Shown here: positions 36,034 to 49,200 of the stretch, piece after piece
Numbering within the stretch: the first letter of the stretch is position 1
How the letters are laid out: each line of letters begins with the position of its first letter
NCBI GenBank assembly: GCA_965112735.1
Contig: OZ218954.1
Location: 3,658,001 to 3,722,000 of the forward strand
From: Phaeosaccion multiseriatum
Taxonomy: Eukaryota; Protista; Ochrophyta, other classes
Reading direction: 5' to 3'
Length of the DNA stretch: 64,000 bases
The notes under the pieces: model-generated
The model's input: the letters and a program-made list of their open reading frames with translations, nothing else
What the model was told of the DNA's origin: nothing
The model's database searches: none
Made by a program: the position numbers and the translations under genes

Positions 36034-37152
36034 ATGGGGGGAAGACTAAGCAGACGGAGCCGAGATAGTTTGGGAGGAGGCACAGAGCAGATCTCACGGG
36101 AGGAGGCTTTTTTGTTGGCTGCACAAGAGGGAAGGCTTGACGATGTTCGGAGAGCCCTCGAGGCCGGAGATGTGTACATGGATTACCAAAACAGCTTTGG
36201 AAATACTGCCCTCATATATTCAGCTATATGCGGGCACCTGGCAGTGGCAGAGGAGCTGATCAAAGCGGGGGCGGACCTGGAGCGGAAAAACAACCGCAGC
36301 GTCACTGCGCTCTTCATGGCGGCCGCCAATGGAAGGCTGAGTATCGCCAAAGCCCTCAGCCAGGCCGGCGCGGACCCCTACGTCACCAATCAAAACGGCC
36401 ACAATGCCGCCCACTTCGCCAAGAAGGCCCCTAAAGGCAAGTCATGGCTCCGGGGAGCCGCCCGCTGCTGCATGTTCAGCAGGACTTGCGGGAACCAGGT
36501 GCTGCACTCTCCCTGTAAGGGTGGTGATACGGGAAGCTTTCTCTCTCCCTCCCTCCTCCCCTCTCTCTTTGCCTCTCTCTCCCTCTCTCATTCGCTCTCA
36601 TTCATTCTCTTTCTCTCTCTCGTTCTCTCTCTCTCATTCTCCCTCTCTTCTTCCCCTCTCTCTCATCCTCTCTCCCCCCCTCCTCTCTCTCATCCTCTTC
36701 CTCCCGTTCTCTCTCTCTTCCCTCCTCCCTCCTCTCTCTCTCATCCTCTTTCTCTCTTTCCCCCTCCTCTCTCTCTTCTTGTCCGTCTCTCGTCTCTCAT
36801 TCTCTCTTTCTCTTCCGCAGGCAAGTTGGTTGTGCGTGTGCTGCGGGAAGCGGAAGCTCGGTATGCCGAGAGGCTTGCCGCCAGGAGGAGACGGCGGAGG
36901 GCAGCAGCGATGGCGGCGGCTCAGGCCCAGTCCCAAGCAGATGGGGCGTCTACGCCTCCCCTCCAGCCGGGGCTGCCGTCCGGCTTGGAGCAGCTGGACT
37001 TGTCGGTCATACCTTTGGGCGGACAGGGAGAGGAACATGATGACAATGAGCGCACTCCTCTGGCGTCCACTGTGTCTTCCCCGTGCTCCTCCGTCGGGGA
37101 TGAGGAGCGAGGCAACGGATCTGCTGGTGGTGACACGCTGGGCTTTGGCTGA
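36034..37152 (+). CDS. Ankyrin-repeat protein. Exons 36034-36436 and 36821-37152, joined by a GC-AG intron.
   Basis: FLLAAQEG, GNTALIYSAICGH, TALFMAAANG, GADPYVTNQNG. N-terminal MGGRLS is a myristoylation-like motif. Confidence 0.85.
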   Translation: MGGRLSRRSRDSLGGGTEQISREEAFLLAAQEGRLDDVRRALEAGDVYMDYQNSFGNTALIYSAICGHLAVAEELIKAGADLERKNNRSVTALFMAAANGRLSIAKALSQAGADPYVTNQNGHNAAHFAKKAPKGKSWLRGAARCCMFSRTCGNQVLHSPCKGGDTGSFLSPSLLPSLFASLSLSHSLSFILFLSLVLSLSFSLSSSPLSHPLSPPPLSHPLPPVLSLFPPPSSLSHPLSLFPPPLSLLVRLSSLILSFSSAGKLVVRVLREAEARYAERLAARRRRRRAAAMAAAQAQSQADGASTPPLQPGLPSGLEQLDLSVIPLGGQGEEHDDNERTPLASTVSSPCSSVGDEERGNGSAGGDTLGFG

Positions 37153-37473
37153 GCACGCTGGGCTTTGGCCCTAATGACACACCAGCCTGTGACATGCTGT
37201 GACATGCTGTGACATGCTATGTGGCTCATGTATGTATGCCATCTTCGCGTGGGGGTTGCTTGAACCCCAGGGGGGGTAGACTTACTTTGGGTGTTGGTGT
37301 GTATACGTGTGTGTACGTGTATGTGTGCGAGGATGACTTCCCTAATGTTAATTTTTAATCTCAGTGCAGTGAGTGCGGCGGGCCAACTTGGGCGGGAGGA
37401 AGAAGAAAGGAAGTGTTTATTGACTTATTAGGGTGACAGGCGATGGAACGGCGCTGATACGAAGATTTTTTCC

Positions 37474-38383
37474 ATGAGAGCTCTCTTGCTCCCTGTAGTG
37501 CTTGCAAGTCGCTGTCGGCTCAGTGCTACATTCGTACTCGATAGCAAGCCCTGCTGCCCTAAGGATCAGGGTCGTGGTCCCTGCTTTCGTCAGCACCATC
37601 ATCTGTGGGCATCAAGCCACAGGCCTGCCCCCTCTGCGTCGTCTGCACCCCTCAGTGCAACCCTCGATCTCATGGGCTCGGTCATTTGGTGCGAGTCTCT
37701 GTCCGACATTCCTGAGGACAAGATGTCCGGTGCCACCGTAAGACACATCAAGGGTTCGGGTGGCGGCATGGACGAAGAGGACTTGGTGGTGGCGCACAGT
37801 GCCGTATGCTCTTGGCTGCAGGAAGAGCGCAACACAGGCGATGATGGGCATGACGAGGATGATCAAGAAGGTGTGCATTCTTTCACCTGTCGGCCCCCTC
37901 CCGACGCTCTTGCGACCTCCCTCTCTCTCGTGAACACTCTTTTTCCCTCTCCACTCTCTCTTTGCCTACACGTACCTCTCTCTCTCTGCCTGCCTCCCTC
38001 TCTGTTTTTCTCTTCACCTCCCAGCCTGTCCCTCTCTCACACACGGTCTACTCCCTCTCTCTTTACCTGCAGCTCTCTCGATAGCTGAATCTCATGGCCC
38101 CCTCTCTATTTGAACCTGCCTCTCTCTCTCCTCTCTCTCTGTGACTCCAGGCTGCCGAAGCAAGTTGCTCGCTTTGGTATGGGACGGAGACAGCTTCGGT
38201 GTGGACAGCTTCACTTCAGTCATCCCGGCTGCGGTAGGTCCGCGAAGCTCCTTGGAAAATGTCACCCTCATCGCCTTCCTCACGGTAAGACTGAAGGCTG
38301 TGTGGCAATTGGAACAAGCACTCCAGTGTCGATCAATTAAAAGCTATATACTAAAGAGCGGTCTCCCTCCTCTCCACCGGCCT

Positions 38384-38417
<34 letters not shown>

Positions 38418-39059
38418 ACTCTGACAGAAGGAGAGCAAAGGTCGCTTTCAATCCTCCTGGAGCAAGGTTGACTTAGGAGGACAGGTGCGTTGAGTGATTG
38501 GATTGATGGCATCCCCACGTGGCCCTCAGCACACCGATCTGGGCTGCGCGCGTTGATTGCCATCCCCACTAGGCCCCTTCGTCCCTGTGCCTCAGCCCTC
38601 TCTTGTTGCTTGGCACACTTGCGACTGTCTGCCTATACCCCTCGCTTCCTCTCGAGCTCGCTCGTCCCTCACGCCTTCGCACCTTCAGAGAGCATTGGTC
38701 CTTCTTCTGTTGTTGTGCTGTTCTGCCTCCCCTCCCCTCCCCTCCAGCCCATTCACTTGAGCCCCCCCTCCCCCTTGCAGCCCATTTACGCTGTGGTGCT
38801 GAAGGACTTGAAGTACGACACAATGAAGGACTGGGCACAGCTCGGCAAGGCGGCTCTCGGCCACACGGGCTGTCGGAGGGTCATATGTGTGGGCGGTGGT
38901 GATACGACTCGAGAAGAAGCCTCCGTGTGCCCCGATGTCACCTTCCATGTGCTGCCTCTGGCCCGAGAGCGGCGGGGGAGGACGGTGCCATGCTCGCTGC
39001 TTGGGCTTGGGCTGAGGGGCGCTGCGCCACTGCCCAACGTCATTGAGATGAGCCTATGA
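37474..39059 (+). CDS. Hypothetical protein with a possible bipartite (signal + transit) presequence. Exons 37474-37870, 38151-38284, 38428-38484, 38781-39059.
   Basis: Four frame-consistent GT-AG exons. Globular-looking motifs VRHIKG, LVWDGDSFGVDSFT, WAQLGKAALGHTG, VICVGGG. Family not recognised. Confidence 0.7.
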
Positions 39060-39449
39060 GCGTTTGGCATCACGGGATGAGCAAGGAAAGGAAAGGCAGT
39101 GGAGGAGGAGGAGCGAGGGGTGGCCCCGCCCCCCAGCGCTCTCTGTGCACTGCGAGTGGTGCCATGAGTGACATGTTTTCAGGACGCACGGAAGGAGCGG
39201 TACCACTAGCAGTGCCTAGCAGTGCATTGTCAGACCACCCAACTGCAACTGTGATGCAACACTCAGTGGCGGGGCAGGGGCGGCCTTCCTTCTTTAGGGA
39301 CGCCCCTCCCTCTGTGGCCAGGCCCTTTGTGCCCCTCCCTCTGTGGCCAGGCCCTGTGTGGCCACATGTGTGTGGGGATGGCTTGAGATGGCTTGCGAGC
39401 ATTCAGCATCCATCGCGAGTCTTACTTATCTGAGAGTCGAGAGACTGAT

Positions 39450-39632
39450 GATTGTGTGGCATGACATCAACGAAGGATTGTGTGGCATGACATCAACGAA
39501 GGATTGTGTGGCATGACATCAACGAAGAATTGTGTGGCATGACATCAACGAAGGATCGTGTGGCATGACATCAACGAAGGATTGTGTGGCATGACATCAA
39601 CGAAGAATGTGTGGCATGACATCAACGAAGGA
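39450..39632. repeat. 26-bp minisatellite x7, intergenic
   Basis: Unit gattgtgtggcatgacatcaacgaag, head-to-tail with no spacers. Confidence 0.92.
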
Positions 39633-40216
39633 TGCACGGCACGGCACATCCCATCACACACAGATATCGCCAGCAGGGGGGCTCTTAAGGTGGTAGGGGA
39701 TGGCAGGGGATGGCAGAGCTACGGACAGAGACACTGAGACCGGAGTTGCGTGGACAGAGACAAGGGGTCAAGGGGTGAGCGCAACACGGATGCATGTTGG
39801 ACGGACGCACGCCGCAGGACTATTGCTCACTCCTGAGGGTCATATTTCCATCCCCGTCTTGCTCTCTCTCCCTCGCCCTCTGTTCTCTCTCTCTCTCTCT
39901 CTCCCTGCCCCTCCTTGCCTGACTTGGCCTTTCTTGGCGTCGGCCTCGACTTCAAAACAATCTCCGGTAGTAGGACACGCACGGGATGGGAGGACACGTA
40001 CATGAGGGGGGGACACAGGTTATACACCCCTTCGGGTTTCCGCCCTGTGACATGTGGAAGGCTGCTACGTGCCACCTACGTCCTACGTCAATGCAAGGGC
40101 TTTAATTTCGAGGCCTGGGCTTGGGCTTGTGGGGTTAGGGGTGTCAGAGTTTGTTGCAGTCCTGCAGAGAGGACAAGTCAACAAGGAGTATGTTTGCGTT
40201 GAGTGACCACTACACA

Positions 40217-40264
<48 letters not shown>

Positions 40265-40557
40265 AATCGAGGAGAAAAAAAAAAAAAAATGTCGGCCTCG
40301 ATATTGGACGAATCAAAACTGAAACTGAAACTGGATTCCGCTTGGTGAGAGCCGGGCTTCCGGTTGCTGTGTACACACGCTGTAGAGCACATCGTCCCTT
40401 CCAGATGGCTACAGACCGGGCCAGGAGGAGTAGCAGAAGGCTTCGCACGAGCACCGGGGGCTACGATGATGGGCCGCGTTCAGCAACACCTAAAAACGCT
40501 AAACCTTGCACGATCGGCTTGGTGCTTTACTTCCTCACCGCCTGCGGAAGGGAGGAC

Positions 40558-43500
40558 ATGGACGGCTTTGATGTTGTGGAGGATGCACCAAGTCTTAGCG
40601 ACCTCATTCGGGCCAGCAGAGGTCGAAGCGTGGAGCTCCTCGCTCTGCAGCAGCTTTCTCAGGCTGGGGCGATTGCAGTGGGCAAACAATGGGTGGCAAT
40701 CCAGCTGGACGGAGACGCCTCCGCCTTGGGTATAGGGATGGAGATGGAGGCCGAGAAAGATGCCGTTGTGGTGCACTTCTGTGCGGAGGTCACGCTGGAC
40801 GTGCAAGTGCCCGGGCCGCTCTTTCGACCGCCTTCGACTCCAGGAAAGAGGGATGGAAGCGCGACGGGCAAGGCCGCTGCAGCAAAGCTGGTGCGCCAAT
40901 TTCTGACCCATCTGCTCCCATGCGCCTTGGATGACGCCCAGCAAGCGGTGGTGCATCAGCAACTTTCTTCCTTGCAGAACGGCGGCGGCTGGCAGGGCAA
41001 AGGCAAGGGCAAGGGCAAGGGGAGTGGCAAAGGCAAGGGTAAAGCGACGGTGCTGCCCCTGTCCCTCTCCATCTCTGCAAAGGACAAGGACAAAGACAAG
41101 CAGCCCTCCTCGCTGCACTCCCACACGCACGCTGCTGCGGCGGTCAAGGGCCTCTACGACGCCCTCAAGCCTGCCCCAGTGGCGCCGCTCGCTCGGCCCT
41201 GCCCCTCTCTGGACGCCTTGCCCTGTTTAGACCGCCTCTCTTCCATGCCGGAGGAGGTGCAGCGGCAGTTGGCCAACTTCCTCGGGGCGCGATCCCTCAG
41301 GGCCCTGTCCGCCTCCTCCCGCCGCCTGCACGACGCGTCGCACGGCCTTGTGCCTGGACTGCTGCTCGACCTCTTCCCGCACCAGAAGAGGGGTCTCGCA
41401 TGGATGGTGAGGCAGGAAACCACGCACGGCCATCACCACACATCCAATGATCCACACCCCTTCTTCGCAAGGCTGCCCGGAGCGGCGGCTCAAGGGCTGT
41501 GGATCGACCTCCTCGAGGGCGGTCTGTTGTGCTCAGTGGAGAGCTTGCCTCGCCGCCCCCCGCCAGTCAGGGGAGGGCTCTTCTGTGACGAACCGGGCCT
41601 TGGCAAGACCATCACTGTGCTCGCCCTCATGCTCAAGTCAAAGGGATGTCTGCCCGACACGACGGCCTTCGCTCAGAGGCACAAGGAGGAGGAGCAGGGC
41701 CGCTGGGACCACGCTGAGGCCGTGTGGGCACTCACGGGCACGGAAGACGCGCAGTTTGTGCTCCGGAAGCTGCTGCGGGGCCTTGAAGACGGCCCTGAGG
41801 GTGCGTGCGTGGCGCTGTATGAGGACTTGAGCATGGAGCGCTGCGAGGCTTGGGGGATGCCCGACTACAAAGACCTAGCCCTGCCCACCGGGGTGCCACC
41901 CACCGGGGTACCGCTACCAGGGGCCGGGACGCGGGAGGGACAAGTACCTGGTGTCATCATGGACCTGGCCGCGGTGCGGGAGCGCATCAATCAGGGCCGC
42001 TACCACACCGTCCGCTCCTTCCTGCACGACTGCCGGACCGTGTTCCAGGGGGGCGTTCGCTACCACACACACCCTCAGGCCCGCCGCCCCTCCCCACACA
42101 CGGCACAAGCGTCTGTACGGGTGCTTGCGCTGCTTGAGCAGGCCGTCAACAACCTCGTGCTCCAACTCGCCCCCGGGGACAAGGAGGTGACGCGCCTGCA
42201 CACGTTGCTGCCCTCCGCAGCCACGCTGGTGGTGTGTCCCTTGCCCATGGTGCAGCACTGGAGCCAACAGATGAAGGCTCATAGCAAGCCCCGGGCACTG
42301 GGGAGGGTGTTTGTGGACGACGGAGGAGGAGGGGGGGTGGGGCAGGGAGCTGGCGGTGATGGTGATGGTGATGGTGATACAGCAGCAGGGCAGTACAACC
42401 GCAAGGGAGGCAGCGGCAGCAAGGCGGGGGCGGCGGCGGCGGGGTGGCGGCGTCTACCCCCTGCCGAGGAGCTCGCAGCCTTCTCCGTTGTGGTGCTGTC
42501 CTCTGCGCGGCTCACGAGGGAGGAGGGAGGGGGTTGCTGGGAGGAGTCGCCATTATGCCGCATCTTTTGGGCTCGGCTCGTGGTCGACGAGGGGCACTCC
42601 CTGGGGGTGAGTCATAAGTCAATGGCCACGCTCATGGCCGGGAGGCTCCTGGCAGAGAGGAGGTGGATCATGACGGGTACGCCCACCCCAAACAAGCGGC
42701 ACCCCGATGCAGCGTTGGCGCATCTGGAGAACCTACTCGTGTACCTGGGGGAGGGAAGCTTCGGACAGAGCAGGGCGGCGTGGCGGCGACTCGTGGTGCT
42801 GCCCTTCATGGCCGGAGGGGCCAAGAGGAAGGCGGCCATGGACAGGCTCAGGGGGCTGCTGCAGGGGCTCATGGTGAGGCACACAAGGGAAGATTTGAGG
42901 GACATTCCGCCGCCGGAGAGACGCAGCACGCTGCTTGACATGAGCCCGCACGAGGTCAGTCAGTCACGCACTCCTTGGCCCTTGGCACTTGGCACTTGGC
43001 ACTTGGCCCTTGCTGGTGTCTTGCTCGCCTGCTTGCTTGTATTTGTATTGTGCAGTGAAGTGAGTACCTAACGCTCTGTAAGGCATGACAGTCCGAGGGT
43101 CCCTCTCGGTCCTCCTCTCTCTGGGGTCCCTCCCTGCATGGCGAAGGTGCTTATCTCGTAACAACGTAACAACCTTTCCTTCCCCAAATGGCGACCCCCC
43201 TCTCAGGTGGTGGTGTACAACACGATGGTGAGCTTCATCCGCGTGAACATCCTCCTCACGGCCACCCTCAAGGGCCGCACCAGCGCGTGGCAGGATTCCG
43301 TCCTCAACCCCCTCAACGCCAAGCACGCCATGACGGCTCTCACCAACGTCAGGATTGCCTGCTGCGGGGGAGGCAGGCTCAAGCCCGTGCTGTCAAACGC
43401 GCACTACGCCGAGACGGAAACCCTCCTCCGGCAGCAGCACGGCCACGGAGAGGAGTCTGTCCAGCGCATCCTGTCATACCTCCGCAGGGCAAGGGGAGGG

Positions 43501-45506
43501 GGAGTGTCCAAGTGCGACAAGTGCTCTCTGCCGCTGCAGCTGCTGCTCCTCACGCCTTGCGCACACCTGCTGTGCCTGCAGTGCGTGGGGCACGCCTCTT
43601 TCTGTGCGCTGTGCGAGGCAGCCATCGACCCCGACGATCTGCAGCGCCTCCAGCCAGGCTTCGACCTGCAGTGGGACTCCTCGCAGTGGGAGCAGGGCTC
43701 TGTGGCTGGCATGCAGGCGGGGGGCGGGGGGAGCAGGGAGAGGAGGAGGAGCGGAGGGGCCAGGGGGGGGAGCAGGAGCGACCACAGGATTGCCCACATG
43801 GGCAGGGGGGGGAGCAGGAGCGACCACAGGATTGCCCACATGGGCAGCAGCAGCAGTCATATGGGCAGCAGCAGCAGCAGTCATATGGGCAGCAGTAGCA
43901 GTCATATGGGCAGCAGTAGCAGCAGTCAAATGGGGAGCAGCATCAGCAACGGCAGCAGCGGCAGCGGAGTGGACGGCGGCCGCCCCCCCCCCCCCTTCCC
44001 CCCCTTCCCCCCCACGGTAGACACAAACGCACCCGCCTCCCCCTCCCTCTCCACTACGGCCCCATCTCCATCTCCATCTCCCTTCTGTCTGCACCAAAGC
44101 ACGGGGGATCTGTCCGCCTTCACAAAGGCCGATCACGTGTTGAAGGAGCTCAAGAGGATACGCGCGGGACAGAGCGCGCACGCCCGACGGAGGCAGGCCG
44201 AGGCGCTGCGGGACCTCCAACTGGGCAGGGGGGGGGGGGGGGAGGGGCTCACAGGCTTGCGAAGGGCCAACTCGCGTGCCCCCAAGCCCCTCAAGGCCAT
44301 CATCTTCTCTCAGTTTAGACATATCCTTGACCGCGTCGGAGACAAGTGCTACAGAGAGTTCGGAGGGGCGCCCCTGCCCGCCTGGCTGCAGAGGGGCGAG
44401 GAGCAGGTGAGTGGGTGTGCGTGTGTGCGTGTGTGTGTTGACTTTCTGGCTGGGAAGGGGGCGGGAAGAGGGGTGTGTTGCAAGTCAATGATTTCGTGGT
44501 GTGCGTTGCTCAGTGCCTCTGTCTGTCTCTCTTTCTCTCTCTGTCTGTCTCTATCTCCCTTCCTCTCTGTCTGTCTCTCTTTCTCTCTCTCTGTCTCTCT
44601 CCCCCTTCCTCTCCCTCTGTATCTGTCTCTCTTTCTCCCTCTCTCCCTTCCTCTCTCTCTGAAGGTGGCCGAGTTTTTCGGCAAGCAGCGCAACTTGGAG
44701 CTTGCAAAGTTCCGCCACTCCCCCTCGTGTTTCGTGCTCCTGCTTGGCAAAGAAGGGGCGCACGGACTTGACTTGAGCTTCGTCACGCACATCTTCCTCA
44801 TGGAGGAGATATGGGACAAGGCGCTGGAGCAGCAGGTGAGGGAATCAGGGGCTGAAGCCTGCAGCAGTCAAACAATAACACGTAGGTCGTTCTGTTCGTT
44901 GACTCACTGACATTCTCCACCCCCAAGGTGGTGGCGAGGGCACATCGGATGGGGGCGGGGCCGGACCCTGTGGTGGTGGAGCAGCTCATACTCAGGGGAA
45001 CCACGGAGGAGCAGATCCGGCAAATCACAGGCAGGGGGGCGGGCGTTGGTGATACAGGCACCGGTACAGCAGGGGATGGCAGTGGACGGGGGGCTGGACA
45101 TGCCGATGATGATGGTGATGGTGATGGTGATGATGAGGAAGAGCTTGTGCGGCAGGCCAAGAGAGCGGTGCAGGGGTATCGGCGGGGGCAGGGGGGGGCG
45201 GAGGCAGAGGAGGGGGGTGACCCTCCGCTAAAGGGCAAGGGGGGGGGGGCAGAGCTGACGCGGCGGCGGCGGCAGCAGCAGAAGATGCAGAGGGGGAAAC
45301 GCAGCGGAGCGGGGGCGGCAGACAGAGCGAAGGTGCAGCTGCTGCTCACAAGGCTGGAGCTTAAGCTGTCAGACCACACGGAGGATCAGGCAGGCGATGG
45401 GAAGGGGGAGGGCGGAGGGGAAGGGGAGCCGACAGAGCCGGCACAGAAGCGGAAAAGAGTCACATTCGCCGATGTGCCGCAAAGAAAAGAAGGACACAGC
45501 ACGTAA
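40558..45506 (+). CDS. F-box + SNF2-family ATPase + RING protein (similar architecture to plant At3g54460-type proteins) with a bromodomain-like insert. Exons 40558 (or 40405)-42954, 43207-44406, 44665-44835, 44928-45506.
   Basis: F-box LSSMPEEVQRQLANFL. LFPHQKRGLAWM, GGLFCDEPGLGKT, ATLVVCP, LVVDEGH, RWIMTGTP. RING CDKC...PCAHLLCLQC...CALC. KAIIFSQF, GAHGLDLSFV, QVVARAHRMG. Confidence 0.9.
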
Positions 45507-46245
45507 TATTTTTTTAATTAATTAATTAAAGTATTTACAAGTGTCTGGAGCAGAGCCTGCGCTTGCTTCGTCCCCATCCTTCCATCCTTCCATCCTTCCA
45601 TCCGCGAGATGGCAACAGATGGCGACAGACAGCAGGGTGCTGCGTGCAGGGTGCTGTTAGGCGAGACAAGAGGGGCAGCACCAGGTACACTGCCTCAGCG
45701 CCTTCCTTCCTTCACGTTAGGGAATGTCTCCTTGACCCTAAGCCCCCTTGTCGCTGGAGAGGGAGAGAGAGGCCCCTCCTCCTCGCTTGACCTTAAGCTA
45801 CAGCAGGAAGGGCAGGGGGCAGGGAGGGCAACAGAGGAGAAATGGTGCCACCCCACTGACACTGACATGTTGCATGGGTCAAGGCTCTTCGCTGAGGGGG
45901 GCACAGCAGTGACAGCACTGAGAGAGAGAGCCCTGTCCTCGCCAACGGATGACCACTCCCTCGCCCTTACTCTGCCATCCGTTGCCATCTGAGTGCAGTC
46001 AAGTGAGCATGCAGCGAGTCGCCTGACTGACTGACTGACTGACTGGCGGGGTGTGTGTGTGTGTGCCGTGGGGCGGGGCATCATCCTGCGCTTAGGCTCC
46101 GTCGCTTCGCTTCTGTCGCTTTGCTTCTGTCGCAACAAGTGACGGAGACAAAACAGAGACAGACAAAGAGCCTCTCTATAGAGCCTCTCCACTGCCATCC
46201 ACTGCCATCCACCGCCATGATGTACATCCGTGTTTATCATTCAGA

Positions 46246-49200
46246 TCACCGACTATCCCCTTCTCTCCCCCTCCCCTCTCCTCCTCCTCCTCCTCCTCCT
46301 CCTCCTCCTCCTCCTCCTCCCCCTTTATCCCCCTTCCCCATTCCTTCGCCTATATGCCTGCAGGCGCAGCTCACGAGCGTGTCTGCGATCTTGCCGCCTG
46401 TCCAGCGAGGAGAGAAGCGCAGGAGGTCTGCGTCCATGCTCACGCTCGTGCGCGTCATGATGTCCTGTTAGTCAGGGGAGATGTTACGCTTCGTTAGGGG
46501 AGATGTTACGATAGGTGGAAGGTTAGGGGTGTGAGGGGCATGTTACAGCAGTCGGGGGCATGTGAGTGACGTAAGATGGCAGGGAATGTGAGGGGTAGAG
46601 GCGGGGGCACCTCCTCATAGCCATATACCCATATACCTGTATGCTCAGCAGAGGCTGCGGGGTGGCGTCAGAGTCGCCGTACAGGAGCTCCACCTGACAA
46701 ACAGGTATATGGGCACGTGCGAGTTTCAGTGCGAGGGACGGGACGGCGTGAGGCTCAGTTTGAGTCTCAGTTGGCCCGACTGGACATGAGCGCCTAACAC
46801 AGCAGGCAGAGGCATATAGGCCAAGGCCGACCGCTCACGAGCCTTGGCTCCTACAGAGAGTCTCTCGATGTGTGTCTCTGTCCCGAGTATCCATATGACT
46901 GCCCCTTTCACAGTCCTTTTCACAATCCCACTTACCTTGAGTATGCTGAGCTTTGCGCTCTTGCCCCTCTCCACCCTTCCAACACCTCGAGGGAGCATCC
47001 TGATCCTCTGCTCTTGTCCCTCCTTACCCTAAGCCAAAGCCTAACCCTCTAACCCCATCACAAAGCACATCTCTTTACCCCTTCTCTCTTACAACCCTCT
47101 CACCTTGAGAATCCTGAGCTTCTGACTCTTGCCCCTCCTGACCCTCACAAACACGTGCACAGAGCTGTAGTCCAGGGCATCGTACTCGAGCACTGTGTGG
47201 CTCCTCTGGGATGGCAGCGGATGGGGGGAGGGGAGAGGGTCGGGCCATTGGGTGGGCGCACTTCAGTTTCAGTTGTCTCACGTCGACATGCATGTACTGC
47301 ACCAGTTTTCCGCCTCAGCCTCAAGCCTTACCCCTTTTACTCCCTCCCTCCCACCCTCCCTCCCTCCTCCCTCTCTCCTTCCCTCCCTCCATCTCTCGCC
47401 CCCCCCTACAGTACACCTCCAGTTACCTGGAAGCCCGCGACGATGTCCCTCCTCTTTTCCCAAGGGAGCTGCACTGCCCTGCGCACGTCGGCCACCCACT
47501 GCGGCAGGCTGGAGCCCTCTCTCCAGGGGGGGGGCGGATGGCAGCCGAGGGAAGTGGCGGACAGCCCGGGGGGGATGCTCAAAGAAGCCTGGGCAGGGGG
47601 TATAGAAGGGGCATATATTGGGTATGCATATATTGGGTACCGTGCACTATGGGTGGGAACATACACGCACACAGCGAGGAGAGGAGGAGGGCACTCGAAG
47701 CCTGCAAGGGTTTACTTCCCGAGGGCGATCCGAGGGCGGCGGTGTTCAACGGTACGGAGCACTGTACCTGCGGAAGGAGGTCGTCGCCGTACCCCCCCGG
47801 GAAGGGCGGGAAGTCCAGGCAGGCACTGATGCAGGCCCCTCCTGCAGCAGTTGGTGATACAGAAAGGGGCATGCCGAGCATCTCCGCTGCGCTCAAGCCG
47901 GCACCGCCGCTACCGGAGCCACCCTCTCCCGCTGCTGCTGCTGCTGCTGCTGCTACTACTGCTGCTCCTCCTTGTTCTTGTTCTTGTTCTTGTTCTTCCG
48001 CCGCTGCTGCTGCTGGCTTTGGTGCGGCGCTTTCCCCCTCCCGCCCCTCACCGGCTGCCGCTGCTATATCACCAACTACTGCGGTTTTATCACCAACTGC
48101 TGCTGCCGTACCAACAACTGATGGTGGGTCCCACGCCCCTTTCGGCGATGGAAAGACAGGGAAACGCACCGTCACCCCCGCGCCGAAGGGCTTGACGAAG
48201 ACCTCCATGCGTCCTGACACCGAGCCTTCCCTTGCTCCTGCCCCTGCTCCTGCCCCTGCTCCTGCCGACCCGGGGGCAGCGGCTTTCAAGGTGTCGGGGG
48301 ACTGCGAGTCCTTTGAAGCAGCATGTCCAGCATGTCCATGTCCGAGTGCAGCGGCGATGGAGGCCTCGAGAGAGGAGAAGGCAAGCAAGCACTGAGCCGC
48401 GGGGCTAAGGAGGGGGGAGGGAGGGAAGGGGCGGAGGGTAGGGCAAGGGTAGGGCAAGGGTAGGGCAGGGCGGTGAGAGAAGATAGCGTGAAGACAGGAC
48501 ATGAAAGCCGAGCGCCTCTTGCAAAGAGCCTCAGGCCTGCTGCAATCTGGTGCCACATGCTGCCTTGTCAACCCCACCTGTCTTGTTCCGCCCCCCCCCC
48601 CCGGGCCAGCTGCATGACCAAGTCTATTTGGCGCTGCTTGCACACCGAGCGCAGGTCCAGCACCAGGCGCGTCAGAGAGTCCTCCTGAGAGAGGCACCAC
48701 CTTCCCAGCGAGGGTAGCCCAGACAGGTGGTAAGATTCGTACACGGCGAACTGCAGCGGACGGGAGGGGATGTCCGTTGGGGGGGGGGGGGGGGGGCAGG
48801 TCAGAGGGGGGGTAGTCCAGGATTGCCCCCGTTCCTTCTTCCCCTTCTTCAATTAACTTAAACACCCACCTCGCCCCCCCCCGCCTCGTCCAGGGGATCC
48901 ACCGGCAGCAGATCGGGCGGCTCGTCCTCCGCCGTATCCACGTCCCCTAGCACCAGCCACTTGACGCTTCTCTGGCAGTAGGAGAAGCACACTAAGATAC
49001 GCCACTCAAGCCCCCACTCGTCGTCCAGCCCCGCGTCGCCATTGCTGCCTTCCGCATCTGGCACTTTCTCCTCCGGCCCATTCCGCTTCTCCTCCCCCTC
49101 TCCCTCCTCCTCTCCTCGCTTCTCGTTGCTGCTGCTTGCATCAAGATCATCATCCCCCACCTCCATCACCTCGTGCTCCTCCCCCCCTCGCTCGAGGGAT

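Noticed and set aside
39450-39632. Possible CRISPR array
   Set aside because: The 26-bp units are contiguous with no unique spacers, there are no cas genes, and the context is eukaryotic; it is a minisatellite.
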